From Vulcanimicrobiota bacterium (GTDB lineage: Bacteria > Vulcanimicrobiota > Vulcanimicrobiia > Vulcanimicrobiales > Vulcanimicrobiaceae), in the NCBI GenBank assembly GCA_963723515.1, contig CAVRQT010000003.1:608001-672000 (forward strand): a stretch of 64,000 nt of DNA. The letters run 5' to 3'. The notes beneath the pieces were generated by a model. It was not told where the DNA came from. It was given only the letters and a program-made list of their open reading frames with translations, and made no database searches. The translations under genes were made by a program, and so were the position numbers. Shown piece after piece: positions 46,593 to 56,045 of this stretch (position 1 is its first letter; every line of letters starts with the position of its first letter).

Positions 46593-47515
46593 TCGATTTC
46601 AGCCGTCCCCTGTGGCTGCTTATCGCTTTTGCGTTGACCATGGCAGTTTTGTTGATCTACCGTATGCTATTGCGCGGTCGAACCGCGAACGCGCTTACAT
46701 ACACAAATCTCGAGTTCTTCGTCGATGCGATGCAGCCGCGAAAGTGGCCGGCAGTTGCGATTTATGCGACCTTTGCTATCGCGACGGTCCTGCTCTCGAG
46801 CGCTTTAGCCGGCCCGCATATCAGCGCGCGACTGCCGGCCAAAGATGCTGCCGTCGTGCTCTGCATCGACACATCAGGGTCCATGAACGCAACCGACGTC
46901 CAACCGACGCGGTGGGATGCCGCTCGAAACGCGGCACGAACATTCATGAGGCAGCTTTCGGCCGGAACGCGGCTTGCCGTCGTCACCTTCGCATCGAGCG
47001 CAGAGCTGATTCAACCGCTAACATCGGATCGCGATCAAGCGCTCACGGCGCTCGATCGAATTCCGCCCGCAGACGGTGCAACCGCAATCGGCGATGCATT
47101 GATGCTTGCAAGCCGGCAATTACCCGCAGGAGGCCACCGCGCGATCGTCTTGATGACCGACGGCGTCAACAACCGGGGCGCCGATCCATTGCAAGCCGCC
47201 GACGCAGTAGCCGCACGCCATATTCCGATCTATACGGTCGGCATTGGCACCAGCGATAGCGGCCTCTTGATTCCGGGAACTGCTGAACCTGCACAACTCG
47301 ATGAAGACTCTTTGCATGCCATCGCGCAAAGCGGCGGAGGAGCATATGCGAGAGTTTCCGATGCCGCAAGTTTGGAAAACGCGCTCGCGCATCTGGGGTC
47401 GAGCACCACGTTCGAACGCCGGCGGATCGACGCGTCGCTTCCGTTTGCGTTCTTCGGCGGTCTGTTGCTGTTGGCCACAATCTTGACGTCGCTTGCGGCA
47501 GGCCGGTTTCCCTAA
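46589..47515 (+). CDS. VWA domain membrane protein (BatA-like)
   Basis: MIDAS motif DTSGSM, TAIGDAL, LMTDG; N- and C-terminal TM segments. Confidence 0.93.
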   Translation: MIDFSRPLWLLIAFALTMAVLLIYRMLLRGRTANALTYTNLEFFVDAMQPRKWPAVAIYATFAIATVLLSSALAGPHISARLPAKDAAVVLCIDTSGSMNATDVQPTRWDAARNAARTFMRQLSAGTRLAVVTFASSAELIQPLTSDRDQALTALDRIPPADGATAIGDALMLASRQLPAGGHRAIVLMTDGVNNRGADPLQAADAVAARHIPIYTVGIGTSDSGLLIPGTAEPAQLDEDSLHAIAQSGGGAYARVSDAASLENALAHLGSSTTFERRRIDASLPFAFFGGLLLLATILTSLAAGRFP

Positions 47516-47517
47516 CG

Positions 47518-48603
47518 ATGTGGGAACCGTTTACTGAGGGTGCGCGGCGCGCGATTGTCCTCGCGCAAGAGGCGGCGGCCAAATACGGCGGCCGCTGCAT
47601 CGATACGCAGCACATCGTCATGGGGCTGCTCGAAATCGACGAAGGGCCACTGCTGCCGCTCTTCGAGCAGCGCGATCTCTCGATTGACGCCTACCGCGAA
47701 AAGCTGATCGGTGATTCGCATGAAGCGTCTTCCAATGATGAGGAATTCGCCTTCGCGCCGGACGCGAAGCGTTTGATCGAAGCCGCTTTTGAATGCGCGC
47801 GCGAATGGGGAATGGATTACATTTCAGCCGAGCATCTCGTCGGGGCGGTCGAGCGCGTCCCCAAGAGTAACGCAGCGCAGTATCTGCGCGAACTAGGATT
47901 CGATCTTGCGCAGATCGGTGCGTCGATGCGCGTCCAAGCGCTAGCCTCGCGCCGCTCCACTCCATCACGACTCCGCGCACACGCCCCTGCAGCACCGAAT
48001 CTTCCCGAACTGAGCGAAGAGAACGTCGGGGACGATCCGATTGCATTACTGCAGCGCTGGCTGATGGACGCCGGTGCAGCAGAAGTGACGGAGCCGACCG
48101 CGATGGCGCTTTCAACGGTCGACGACAACGGACAAGCCAGCTCGCGTATGGTGCTGCTCCGCGGGCTCGACGAACGCGGCCTCGTATTTTACACGCATTA
48201 CTTGAGCCGCAAAGGCGGCGAACTCGCGCGCAATAATCGTGCGGCGCTGCTCTTTTGGTGGGGCAACTTGCGCCGTCAGGTGCGGATCGAGGGGCTCGTC
48301 GAGTCGATCAGCGACGAAGAATCAGATGCATATTTTGCGTCGCGACCTCGCGAACATCAGCTCTCCACATGGGCCTCGGATCAAAGCGAGCCGCTGGAAT
48401 CTCGCGCCGCGCTTGAAGCACGCGTTGAAGATTATCGTTCGCGTTTCGAAGGCGAAGCCGTTGCTCGTCCGCATTCTTGGGGCGGATATCGCCTGCAGCC
48501 GCAGCGCATGGAGTTCTGGCAAGGACGCGACAATCGTCTGCACGATCGCTTGGCGTTCATAAAAGAAGGCACAACGTGGCGCCTGCAACGCCTGAGCCCA
48601 TGA
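47518..48603 (+). CDS. pdxH: Pyridoxamine 5'-phosphate oxidase fused to an N-terminal Clp repeat (ClpN) domain
   Basis: aa 1-140: MWEPFTEGARRAIVLAQE..TQHIVMGLL and FAPDAKRLIE..ISAEHL. aa ~165-361: SSRMVLL, SRKG, RQVRIEG, YFASRP, WGGY, EFWQGR..RLHDR, RLSP. Confidence 0.92.
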   Translation: MWEPFTEGARRAIVLAQEAAAKYGGRCIDTQHIVMGLLEIDEGPLLPLFEQRDLSIDAYREKLIGDSHEASSNDEEFAFAPDAKRLIEAAFECAREWGMDYISAEHLVGAVERVPKSNAAQYLRELGFDLAQIGASMRVQALASRRSTPSRLRAHAPAAPNLPELSEENVGDDPIALLQRWLMDAGAAEVTEPTAMALSTVDDNGQASSRMVLLRGLDERGLVFYTHYLSRKGGELARNNRAALLFWWGNLRRQVRIEGLVESISDEESDAYFASRPREHQLSTWASDQSEPLESRAALEARVEDYRSRFEGEAVARPHSWGGYRLQPQRMEFWQGRDNRLHDRLAFIKEGTTWRLQRLSP

Positions 48604-48641
48604 GGATCACCTCGCTCACGGTAGCCCTGCCTATTTAACCC

Positions 48642-48905
48642 CATCCGCGTCGCAACGTCTGGGGGTGCGGACATGACAATAAAAAAGAGTACTAAGGATG
48701 GATTGGCTTGAGACGGGGCGACGGTTCACTCGGGGGTGTATGGAGCACACAGGATGCACGTAGTGAGAAGACTTGTGCGGAATCAAGAGAGCAAATTTGC
48801 ACAAGTTGTAAATTTGGGAACGTCCGCCTGAGGGGACCGTCGCCTCGTAACAAGCCGTGAGCACGGGACTTAAACGAGCACTCGCCTAACGTAGCGACGC
48901 GGATG
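48642..48905 (+). ncRNA. Unassigned structured RNA / carB 5' leader (three nested stems)
   Basis: 48642-48668 pairs with 48878-48905, 48705-48736 with 48824-48856, 48771-48781 with 48796-48806; many mismatches become G-U pairs on the + strand. Confidence 0.65.
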
Positions 48906-51900
48906 CCCCAGCGTAGTGTACTCGTGATCGGCTCCGGCCCGATCGTTATCGGGCAGGCCGCGGAGTTTGACTACGCCGGAGTTCAAGCATGCCGTGCGCT
49001 ACGCGAGGCCGGACGGCGCGTCGTACTCGTCAATTCCAATCCCGCGACGATCATGACGGATCCCGAGATTGCCGACGCGGTATATCTCGAGCCGCTTACC
49101 AGTGCTTCGCTCGAGACGATCATCGAGCGTGAGATGCCCGACGCGTTGCTTCCGACGCTCGGCGGACAAACCGGTCTCAATCTTGCCGTTGAGCTGCACG
49201 AGAGCGGCGTTCTAGCGCGGTGCGGCGTCCAATTGCTCGGCACGCCGATCGCAACGATTCGCCTGGCTGAAGACCGCCGTCTATTCAAAGAGAAGATGAT
49301 CGCAATCGGCGAACCGGTGCCTCCGAGCGAAGTCGTTACCGAAGTTGAAGCCGGCGTCGCGTTCGCAAGACAAGTGGGCTATCCGCTTGTCGTGCGACCC
49401 GCGTACACCTTAGGCGGAACGGGCGGCGGCGTCGTGCATGACGAGCCAGAGTTGCGCGAAACGCTCGTCACCGGCCTCTCGCTGAGTTTGATCGGGCAAG
49501 TTCTCTTAGAGACCTCGCTCCTTGGCTGGAAAGAGATCGAGTACGAAGTGTTGCGCGACCGCGCGAACAACTGCATCGTGGTCTGCAACATGGAGAACGT
49601 CGATCCCGTCGGCGTGCACACCGGCGACTCGATCGTCGTGGCGCCATCGCAGACACTCTCCGATCAAGAGTATCAGCTGTTGCGCACGGCGAGCATCAAC
49701 GTCATCCGCGCGCTCAATGTCGAAGGCGGCTGCAACATTCAGTTTGCGTTGCATCCGGAGCGCAGCGAGTATCGGATCATCGAAGTGAATCCGCGAGTGT
49801 CACGCAGTTCTGCATTGGCTTCAAAAGCGACCGGATATCCGATCGCCAAGGTCGCAACGCGGATTGCGCTCGGAGAGACGCTCGACGAAATCCCAAATCC
49901 GGTTACTGGCGTAACAAAGGCCGCATACGAACCGACGCTCGACTACGTCGTCGTGAAGATCCCGCGCTGGCCGTTCGATAAGTTTCCGTTCGCCGACACC
50001 TCTCTGGGCACGCAGATGAAATCGACGGGCGAAGCAATGGGGATCGGCCGAACCTTCGGTGCGGCGCTGATCAAAGCGATGCGGGGTCTCGACCTCCGGC
50101 GGGAAGTCTTGACCGGTGACGGGCTGCGTCGCTGGAACACCGATGAGCTGATGTCGATCGTGAGCCGCCCAAATCATGAGCGGCTCTTTGCAATCGCGGA
50201 GTTGCTACGGCGAACTCCTCGCGAAACGCGCGCAGCGCAGGTCGATCTGATCGCCTCTCGCTCCAGCATCGATCGCTTTTGGCTGCATGAGATCAACGAG
50301 CTGGTCGATCTCGAAGCGCGCTTGGGCGATTCACCATCGAGCGCGGAACGTGCCGCAGCGCTTGAACTCGGTTACGCGGGAGCGAGTTCGGCGGACGGGA
50401 CCGCCGCATTTCGCATGGTGGACACTGCCGCCGCCGAGTTTCCCGCGAAGTCGCCGTACTACTATATCTCGCGTAACGAACAAGATGAGATGCGAGCGCC
50501 TCACAACGAGCCGGTCATCGTCGTCGGGAGCGGGCCGATTCGCATCGGTCAAGGCATCGAGTTCGACTACTCGTGCGTGCACGCCGCATGGGCCTTGCGC
50601 GATGCCGGGCGCGCGTCGGTCGTCATCAACAACAATCCAGAGACCGTCTCAACCGACTTTGACATCTCGGACGTGCTTGTCTTCGAGCCGCCAGGCGCCG
50701 ATGAAGTTGAGGCGGTCTATCACGCGACAAACGCGCGGGGCGTCATGCTCGCGTTCGGTGGGCAGACCGCGATCAATCTGGCGGATCAACTTGCCGCCCG
50801 CGGCGTTAGAATCGTGGGAAGCGATCGCCGCAGCCTTGATATGGCTGAGGACCGGCGAAAGTTCGACGAAGCGCTGCAGCGGCTCGGTGTTTCGCGGCCG
50901 CCCGGTCGTGCTGCGACGTCCTTCCGTGAAGCGCGTGCCATTGCGCGTGATTTAGGATTTCCGGTCTTGGTGCGTCCGTCGTACGTCTTAGGCGGCCGTG
51001 GAATGGAGATCGTCTACAATGAAGGACAGCTCGCGTCATACGCCGAGGCAGCGCCGCCGATTTTGCCCGAAGCACCGTTGCTCGTCGATCGCTATTTGCG
51101 TGGATTAGAAGCCGAGGTAGATGCGGTATTCGACGGCGAGGATATCCTGATTCCGGGAATCTTCGAACACATTGAGCGCGCCGGCATCCACTCGGGCGAT
51201 TCGATCAGCGTGTATCCAACGCAGACGCTTTCCGCCGATATGGAAGCGCGCCTCGCGGACTTGACGGCTTCAATCGCACGTGAACTGCAAATTCGCGGCC
51301 TGATCAACATCCAATTCGTCATCCACGAGGGCCGCCCGTACATTTTGGAGGCGAATCCGCGCGCGAGCCGCACCGTACCGATCATTTCAAAGGCAACGGG
51401 CGTCAACATCGTCGCGGCGGCGACGCGCATCGCACTCGGCGAGCGTCTTGCGGACATGGAATACGGAACCGGCTTGCGCCCGCGCGCCCCGTTCTGCGTC
51501 GTCAAAGTCCCCGTTTTCTCGTTCGCAAAAATGCGCGGCGTCGAGACGATCCTCGGTCCGGAGATGAAGTCCACGGGCGAAGCGCTCGGCATGGACTTCT
51601 CCTTTGCCGGCGCGCTGCGAAAAGGGTTCATCGGCGCCGGCATTCGTTTGCCCGAGCCCGGCGGACGCGTTCTCGCGACGGTCGCGGATCAATCGAAGGC
51701 CGATGCGATTCCGGTCTTGCGGCGCTACGCCGATCTCGGATTCGTGCTCTATGCAACGGAGGGGACTCAAGCGGCGCTCGCGCAGGCCGGTATCCGCGCG
51801 CAGCGCATCAATAAGATCGCCGGCGGTTCACCGCACACGCTGGACTTGATCACCTCGCGCGCCGTTGACTTGGTCATCAACGATGCGACTGGTCCGCGCG

Positions 51901-52064
51901 AGATCAACGACAGTTATCGGATCCGCCGCGCCGCCGTTGAGGCCAACATTGCGTGTTTGACGAGTCTTGACACTGCGAACGCGCTGGCGGATGCATTGGA
52001 AACCACTTCGGGTCCGCCGCGCACGCTGCAAGAGTATCGCGCGCTAGAACTCGCCGTCGGATGA
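48903..52064 (+). CDS. carB: Carbamoyl-phosphate synthase large subunit
   Basis: GSGPIVIGQAAEFDY, NSNPATIMTD, GVHTGDS, second ATP-grasp GQGIEFDY, MGS domain. Confidence 0.98.
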   Translation: MPQRSVLVIGSGPIVIGQAAEFDYAGVQACRALREAGRRVVLVNSNPATIMTDPEIADAVYLEPLTSASLETIIEREMPDALLPTLGGQTGLNLAVELHESGVLARCGVQLLGTPIATIRLAEDRRLFKEKMIAIGEPVPPSEVVTEVEAGVAFARQVGYPLVVRPAYTLGGTGGGVVHDEPELRETLVTGLSLSLIGQVLLETSLLGWKEIEYEVLRDRANNCIVVCNMENVDPVGVHTGDSIVVAPSQTLSDQEYQLLRTASINVIRALNVEGGCNIQFALHPERSEYRIIEVNPRVSRSSALASKATGYPIAKVATRIALGETLDEIPNPVTGVTKAAYEPTLDYVVVKIPRWPFDKFPFADTSLGTQMKSTGEAMGIGRTFGAALIKAMRGLDLRREVLTGDGLRRWNTDELMSIVSRPNHERLFAIAELLRRTPRETRAAQVDLIASRSSIDRFWLHEINELVDLEARLGDSPSSAERAAALELGYAGASSADGTAAFRMVDTAAAEFPAKSPYYYISRNEQDEMRAPHNEPVIVVGSGPIRIGQGIEFDYSCVHAAWALRDAGRASVVINNNPETVSTDFDISDVLVFEPPGADEVEAVYHATNARGVMLAFGGQTAINLADQLAARGVRIVGSDRRSLDMAEDRRKFDEALQRLGVSRPPGRAATSFREARAIARDLGFPVLVRPSYVLGGRGMEIVYNEGQLASYAEAAPPILPEAPLLVDRYLRGLEAEVDAVFDGEDILIPGIFEHIERAGIHSGDSISVYPTQTLSADMEARLADLTASIARELQIRGLINIQFVIHEGRPYILEANPRASRTVPIISKATGVNIVAAATRIALGERLADMEYGTGLRPRAPFCVVKVPVFSFAKMRGVETILGPEMKSTGEALGMDFSFAGALRKGFIGAGIRLPEPGGRVLATVADQSKADAIPVLRRYADLGFVLYATEGTQAALAQAGIRAQRINKIAGGSPHTLDLITSRAVDLVINDATGPREINDSYRIRRAAVEANIACLTSLDTANALADALETTSGPPRTLQEYRALELAVG

Positions 52065-53464
52065 CCAATCGCGTCATCGCGCAGCTGCGCACGCTCTTCG
52101 TGATCCTATTCGTTCTGCTCATCGCGCGTCAAATCTACGTTCAATTAGTGGCCGGACCGGGGTACGCGGCAAAAACGTACAATCCACGCCATGCGGTGCT
52201 CTCGCAACGTCGTGGCCGGATTCTTGCAAGCGACGGCACGGTGCTCGCGCAGACACTGCACAAGCAGCGGGTCTATCCGTTCGGAACGCAACTCGCGCAA
52301 ACTGTCGGCTACGTCTCGTTGCGTTTTGGGGCATCCGGCATCGAAGCCGCCTACGATTCAGCGCTGACGCCGCCCGACACGACGGGCGATCCAATTGCGC
52401 AGGCTGCCGAGATCCTGCAATCGCTTGGAGGCCGTAGCTCGCAAGCCTATGGCGCGGACGTTGTGACGACGCTAAAGGTTCCGATTCAATCGCTTCTGGC
52501 AAGTGAACTGGCGCAACACGCGCGCGGCGCCGGCATCGTGATCGATCCCCGCAGCGGCGCGGTTCTGGCGATGGCGAGCGTGCCGAGTTTTGATCCGAAC
52601 ACGGTCGAACAAACCTTTCCGGAGCTCGCGCATGCAGATAATAGTCCGTTGATTAACCGCGCCACCGACGGTCTCTATCCGCCGGGATCGACGTTCAAAA
52701 TGGTGACGGCTGCCGATGCGCTAGACAGCGGCACCGTTACGATGAGCTCGTCGTTTGACGACCCCGGATACTTCGTGATCGGCGATTACACGGTGCATGA
52801 CAACGAAGGCGAAGCGACTGGATATCTCGATTTGACCGGCGCCTTTGCGCAGTCGAGCAATGTGGACTTCGCGCAGATCGCACTGCGTCTGGGTGCGGAC
52901 CGTTGGTTCGATTACGCGCAGCGGTGGGGGTTAGGCGGCTCCCTCGACTTCCAGTTGCCGGCGCAGCGCGACCGGCTTCCGCCGCGCGATCAACTCTACC
53001 CGGGTACGCTAGCGCAGCTCGGTTTCGGACAGGCAAACTTGCTTGTCACGCCGCTGAGAATGGCGTTGATTGCTTCGACGATAGCGAACGAAGGAATCAC
53101 ACCGCGCCCATTCATCGTGCGTACGATTGTGCGCACCGGATCGTCCAGTTCATTCGGAGCGGCGCAACTCGCACAACCGATTTCAACGGAGACGGCGAGC
53201 AATGTGAAGAAGATGATGGTCGCGGTGGTCAAGTATGGAACCGGCACGTCTGCGGCGTTGCCGAACGTCACCGTGGCGGGGAAGACCGGAACGGCAACCA
53301 ACCCGGCCGGCGCACCGCACTCCTGGTTCGTCTGCTTTGCGCCTGCGGAAGCACCGCGCGTCGTCGTTGCCGTCGTAGTTGAAAACGCCGGCTATGGTGC
53401 CGCGGTCGCCGCGCCGATCGCCCGCCGCGTCTTGCAAGCGGCGTTGCTGGCGGTGCCAACATGA
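52061..53464 (+). CDS. Class B penicillin-binding protein (PbpA-like)
   Basis: N-terminal TM, RRGRIL, PGSTFK, SSN, KTGT. Confidence 0.95.
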   Translation: MTNRVIAQLRTLFVILFVLLIARQIYVQLVAGPGYAAKTYNPRHAVLSQRRGRILASDGTVLAQTLHKQRVYPFGTQLAQTVGYVSLRFGASGIEAAYDSALTPPDTTGDPIAQAAEILQSLGGRSSQAYGADVVTTLKVPIQSLLASELAQHARGAGIVIDPRSGAVLAMASVPSFDPNTVEQTFPELAHADNSPLINRATDGLYPPGSTFKMVTAADALDSGTVTMSSSFDDPGYFVIGDYTVHDNEGEATGYLDLTGAFAQSSNVDFAQIALRLGADRWFDYAQRWGLGGSLDFQLPAQRDRLPPRDQLYPGTLAQLGFGQANLLVTPLRMALIASTIANEGITPRPFIVRTIVRTGSSSSFGAAQLAQPISTETASNVKKMMVAVVKYGTGTSAALPNVTVAGKTGTATNPAGAPHSWFVCFAPAEAPRVVVAVVVENAGYGAAVAAPIARRVLQAALLAVPT

Positions 53465-55542
53465 TCGAGCAGATGTTCAACAACCGCTATCGTCTCGACG
53501 CGAAGCTCGGCGAGGGCGGCATGGCAACGGTCTACTGCGGGACGGATACGCTCTTACGGCGGCGCGTGGCAATAAAAGTGCTGCGTTCGCAATACGCCGG
53601 TGATCACGAGTTCGTCCGGCGCTTCTATCAAGAAGCAGAGTCGGCGGCACGACTGCAACATCCAAACATCGTCAACACGTACGACGTCGGGCGTGAAGAC
53701 GATACCTACTACATCGTCATGGAACTCGTTGACGGTCCCTCACTTGCGGACCTGATCGCTTCGGACGGCAAGATTCCCGAGCCGGTTGCGATCGACTATG
53801 CGACGCAGATCTGCAATGGTCTCGCGTACGCGCACCGGCAAGGGCTGCTGCATCGCGACATCAAGCCCGCCAATATCCTGATCACGCAAGACGATGTGGT
53901 GAAGATCTCCGATTTCGGTATCGCGCGGGCGGTGTCGCAGCAGACGATGGCGATGACACGCCCCGGAATGGTCATGGGGAGCGTTTACTACCTCTCGCCT
54001 GAGCAAGCACAGGGACACGAGCTTCATGAGAGTTCGGATCTCTACAGTCTGGGCATCGTGCTCTTTCAGATGCTGACCGGCAAGTTACCTTACAGCGGTG
54101 AGTCGCCCGTCACGGTCGCGCTCAAGCACATCAGCGATCCGGTTCCCACGCTCAACGTCGATGCACTCGGAATCAGCCCCGCGCTCGCCGCGATCGTCAA
54201 TAAGTTGCTGCAAAAACGTCCGGAGCATCGGTTCGCCTCCGCGAGCGAAGTGGCAACCGCGCTCCGGGAAGCGCGTGAGCGCCCGGCATTTGCGGCGTAT
54301 CCGACGCTCGACGATGCGCCGACGCTGATGCACGGTGCGTATGGAGGCGACCTTCCACGCCGGCCGTCACGCTCGCCCGACCGCCCGCTGCCATACACAA
54401 GTTTTACGGACGCGGAGGCGCGTAGCGATCGCTCTCGCGCGGCGGGAATGGTTGTGCTTGTCACCGCGTTGGCGCTCGCAACGGTCGCCGGATATTTCTT
54501 CGTCGGACGTGGCGGCATCGCGAAGATCATCGCCCCGCCCGTACATGTCGGCAACTACGTCGGTTTAAGCGATGCGCAAGCACAACAGCGGATCGTCAAC
54601 GCGGGCTTGGCGGCGCACATCACGTTGCAGCCGAGCGAAACCGTTGCGCCGAGTCGCGTCATCTCGCAACGTCCCTCTGCGGGAAGCAGCGTTGCGAAGG
54701 ACGCCACGATCGAGCTTCTCGTGAGCAGCGGCCTTCCAACCGTCGGTCTGCGCGACGTCCGAGGACTCACCGCAACGGACGCCGAGCGCATCTTAAACGA
54801 AGACAAATTCAAAGCGGTTGAGCGCCTTGTTTTCGATGCGTCGCCGAAGGACAGCGTGATCAGTCAAGACCCGCCGCCCGGTTCGAAGGTGCGTGAAGGG
54901 ACGATGGTGACGCTCACGGTCTCTCAAGGGCCGCCCGCGGTCGCGATGCCGAATCTCGTCATGCAAGACGTCACGGCAGCGACGAAATTGCTCGCACGTC
55001 TCAAATTAAAGCTGAAGGTCATGGAGCGGTTCCCAAGCGACACGATTGCGGCCGGAAAGATCACGCAGCAAGACATTCCTCCGCAGACGCGCGTCGATCC
55101 GGGCACGGTGGTCAATGTCGCGGTCAGCCAAGGCCCGACCAGCGCAAACGTGCCGAGCGTTAGTACCCTCAGTCTCAAAGACGCAATTGCGAATCTGCAG
55201 GCCGCGGGATTTAAACCCATCGTGCAATACAGCGCCGGCCCCGACGCGAGCGTGAACGGGACGATCATTCAGCAATCGCCCGATCCGGGTACGCCGTTGC
55301 CGCGCGGCTCAGCGGTAACGATTCTGCTGTCCGTCAGCGGTGAAGTGCCGGATACGCAAGGCATGTCGCCTTCCGATGCTAAGGACACGCTCGAAGCCGC
55401 CGGCTACCATGTCGGAACGACAATCTTTATCCCGGACGGCGCCGACGGCCGCGTCGTCCGAACGGATCCTCCCGCCGGAACGAAACGCCCGCAAGGACAG
55501 CCGATTACACTTTACGTCAACAACGCGCCGCCGAGTCAGTGA
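53461..55542 (+). CDS. pknB: PASTA-domain Ser/Thr protein kinase (PknB/PrkC/Stk1)
   Basis: GEGGMATV, HRDIKPANIL, DFGIAR, SPEQ, TM, PASTA repeats. Confidence 0.96.
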   Translation: MIEQMFNNRYRLDAKLGEGGMATVYCGTDTLLRRRVAIKVLRSQYAGDHEFVRRFYQEAESAARLQHPNIVNTYDVGREDDTYYIVMELVDGPSLADLIASDGKIPEPVAIDYATQICNGLAYAHRQGLLHRDIKPANILITQDDVVKISDFGIARAVSQQTMAMTRPGMVMGSVYYLSPEQAQGHELHESSDLYSLGIVLFQMLTGKLPYSGESPVTVALKHISDPVPTLNVDALGISPALAAIVNKLLQKRPEHRFASASEVATALREARERPAFAAYPTLDDAPTLMHGAYGGDLPRRPSRSPDRPLPYTSFTDAEARSDRSRAAGMVVLVTALALATVAGYFFVGRGGIAKIIAPPVHVGNYVGLSDAQAQQRIVNAGLAAHITLQPSETVAPSRVISQRPSAGSSVAKDATIELLVSSGLPTVGLRDVRGLTATDAERILNEDKFKAVERLVFDASPKDSVISQDPPPGSKVREGTMVTLTVSQGPPAVAMPNLVMQDVTAATKLLARLKLKLKVMERFPSDTIAAGKITQQDIPPQTRVDPGTVVNVAVSQGPTSANVPSVSTLSLKDAIANLQAAGFKPIVQYSAGPDASVNGTIIQQSPDPGTPLPRGSAVTILLSVSGEVPDTQGMSPSDAKDTLEAAGYHVGTTIFIPDGADGRVVRTDPPAGTKRPQGQPITLYVNNAPPSQ

Positions 55543-56045
55543 GGTTGCGCGTTCTCGGAATAGATCCGGGACTGCGCGTAACGGGGTATGGCGCGATCGA
55601 ATGCAATGGCAGCGCCGTCGCGTTGCTCGAAGCCGGCATCGTCGCTCCCGACGTGAGGGCGACGCTCGAAGACCGTCTCGCCTCGTTGCACCGCGGTATT
55701 TGCGAGGTCGTCGCGGCAACGCGTCCGGACGCCGTCGTGATCGAAGAGCTCTTCAGCGCCTACCGTAATCCGCTGACCGCGGTGATGATGGGCCATGCGC
55801 GCGGCGTTCTCTGTCTTGCCGCAGCGCAACAACGCGTGAGCGTCCACGCACTCGCGCATTCGGCGGTCAAGCGCGCTTTGACGGGCTCCGGCGCAGCACG
55901 CAAAGAACAAGTGCGTTCGATGGTCGTTCAATTGTTACGATTGAAAGAGCAGCCCGAACCGACGGACGTCTCAGATGCGCTGGCCCTCGCGCTTGCATTT
56001 GCGCATCGAAGCGGACGGGCTTCGCTCAATGGAGATCGGCACTAA
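55539..56045 (+). CDS. ruvC: Crossover junction endodeoxyribonuclease
   Basis: LGIDPG..TGYG, IEE, GHARG, TGSG.A.KEQV, DVSDALA. Confidence 0.95.
   Translation: MRLRVLGIDPGLRVTGYGAIECNGSAVALLEAGIVAPDVRATLEDRLASLHRGICEVVAATRPDAVVIEELFSAYRNPLTAVMMGHARGVLCLAAAQQRVSVHALAHSAVKRALTGSGAARKEQVRSMVVQLLRLKEQPEPTDVSDALALALAFAHRSGRASLNGDRH

Noticed and set aside
48604..48613. GGATCACCTC match to the 16S rRNA 3' end
   Set aside because: Only 10 nt with no other rRNA sequence; probably chance.
48642..48905. Retron msr-msd or IS110 bridge RNA
   Set aside because: No reverse transcriptase or recombinase gene in the window.
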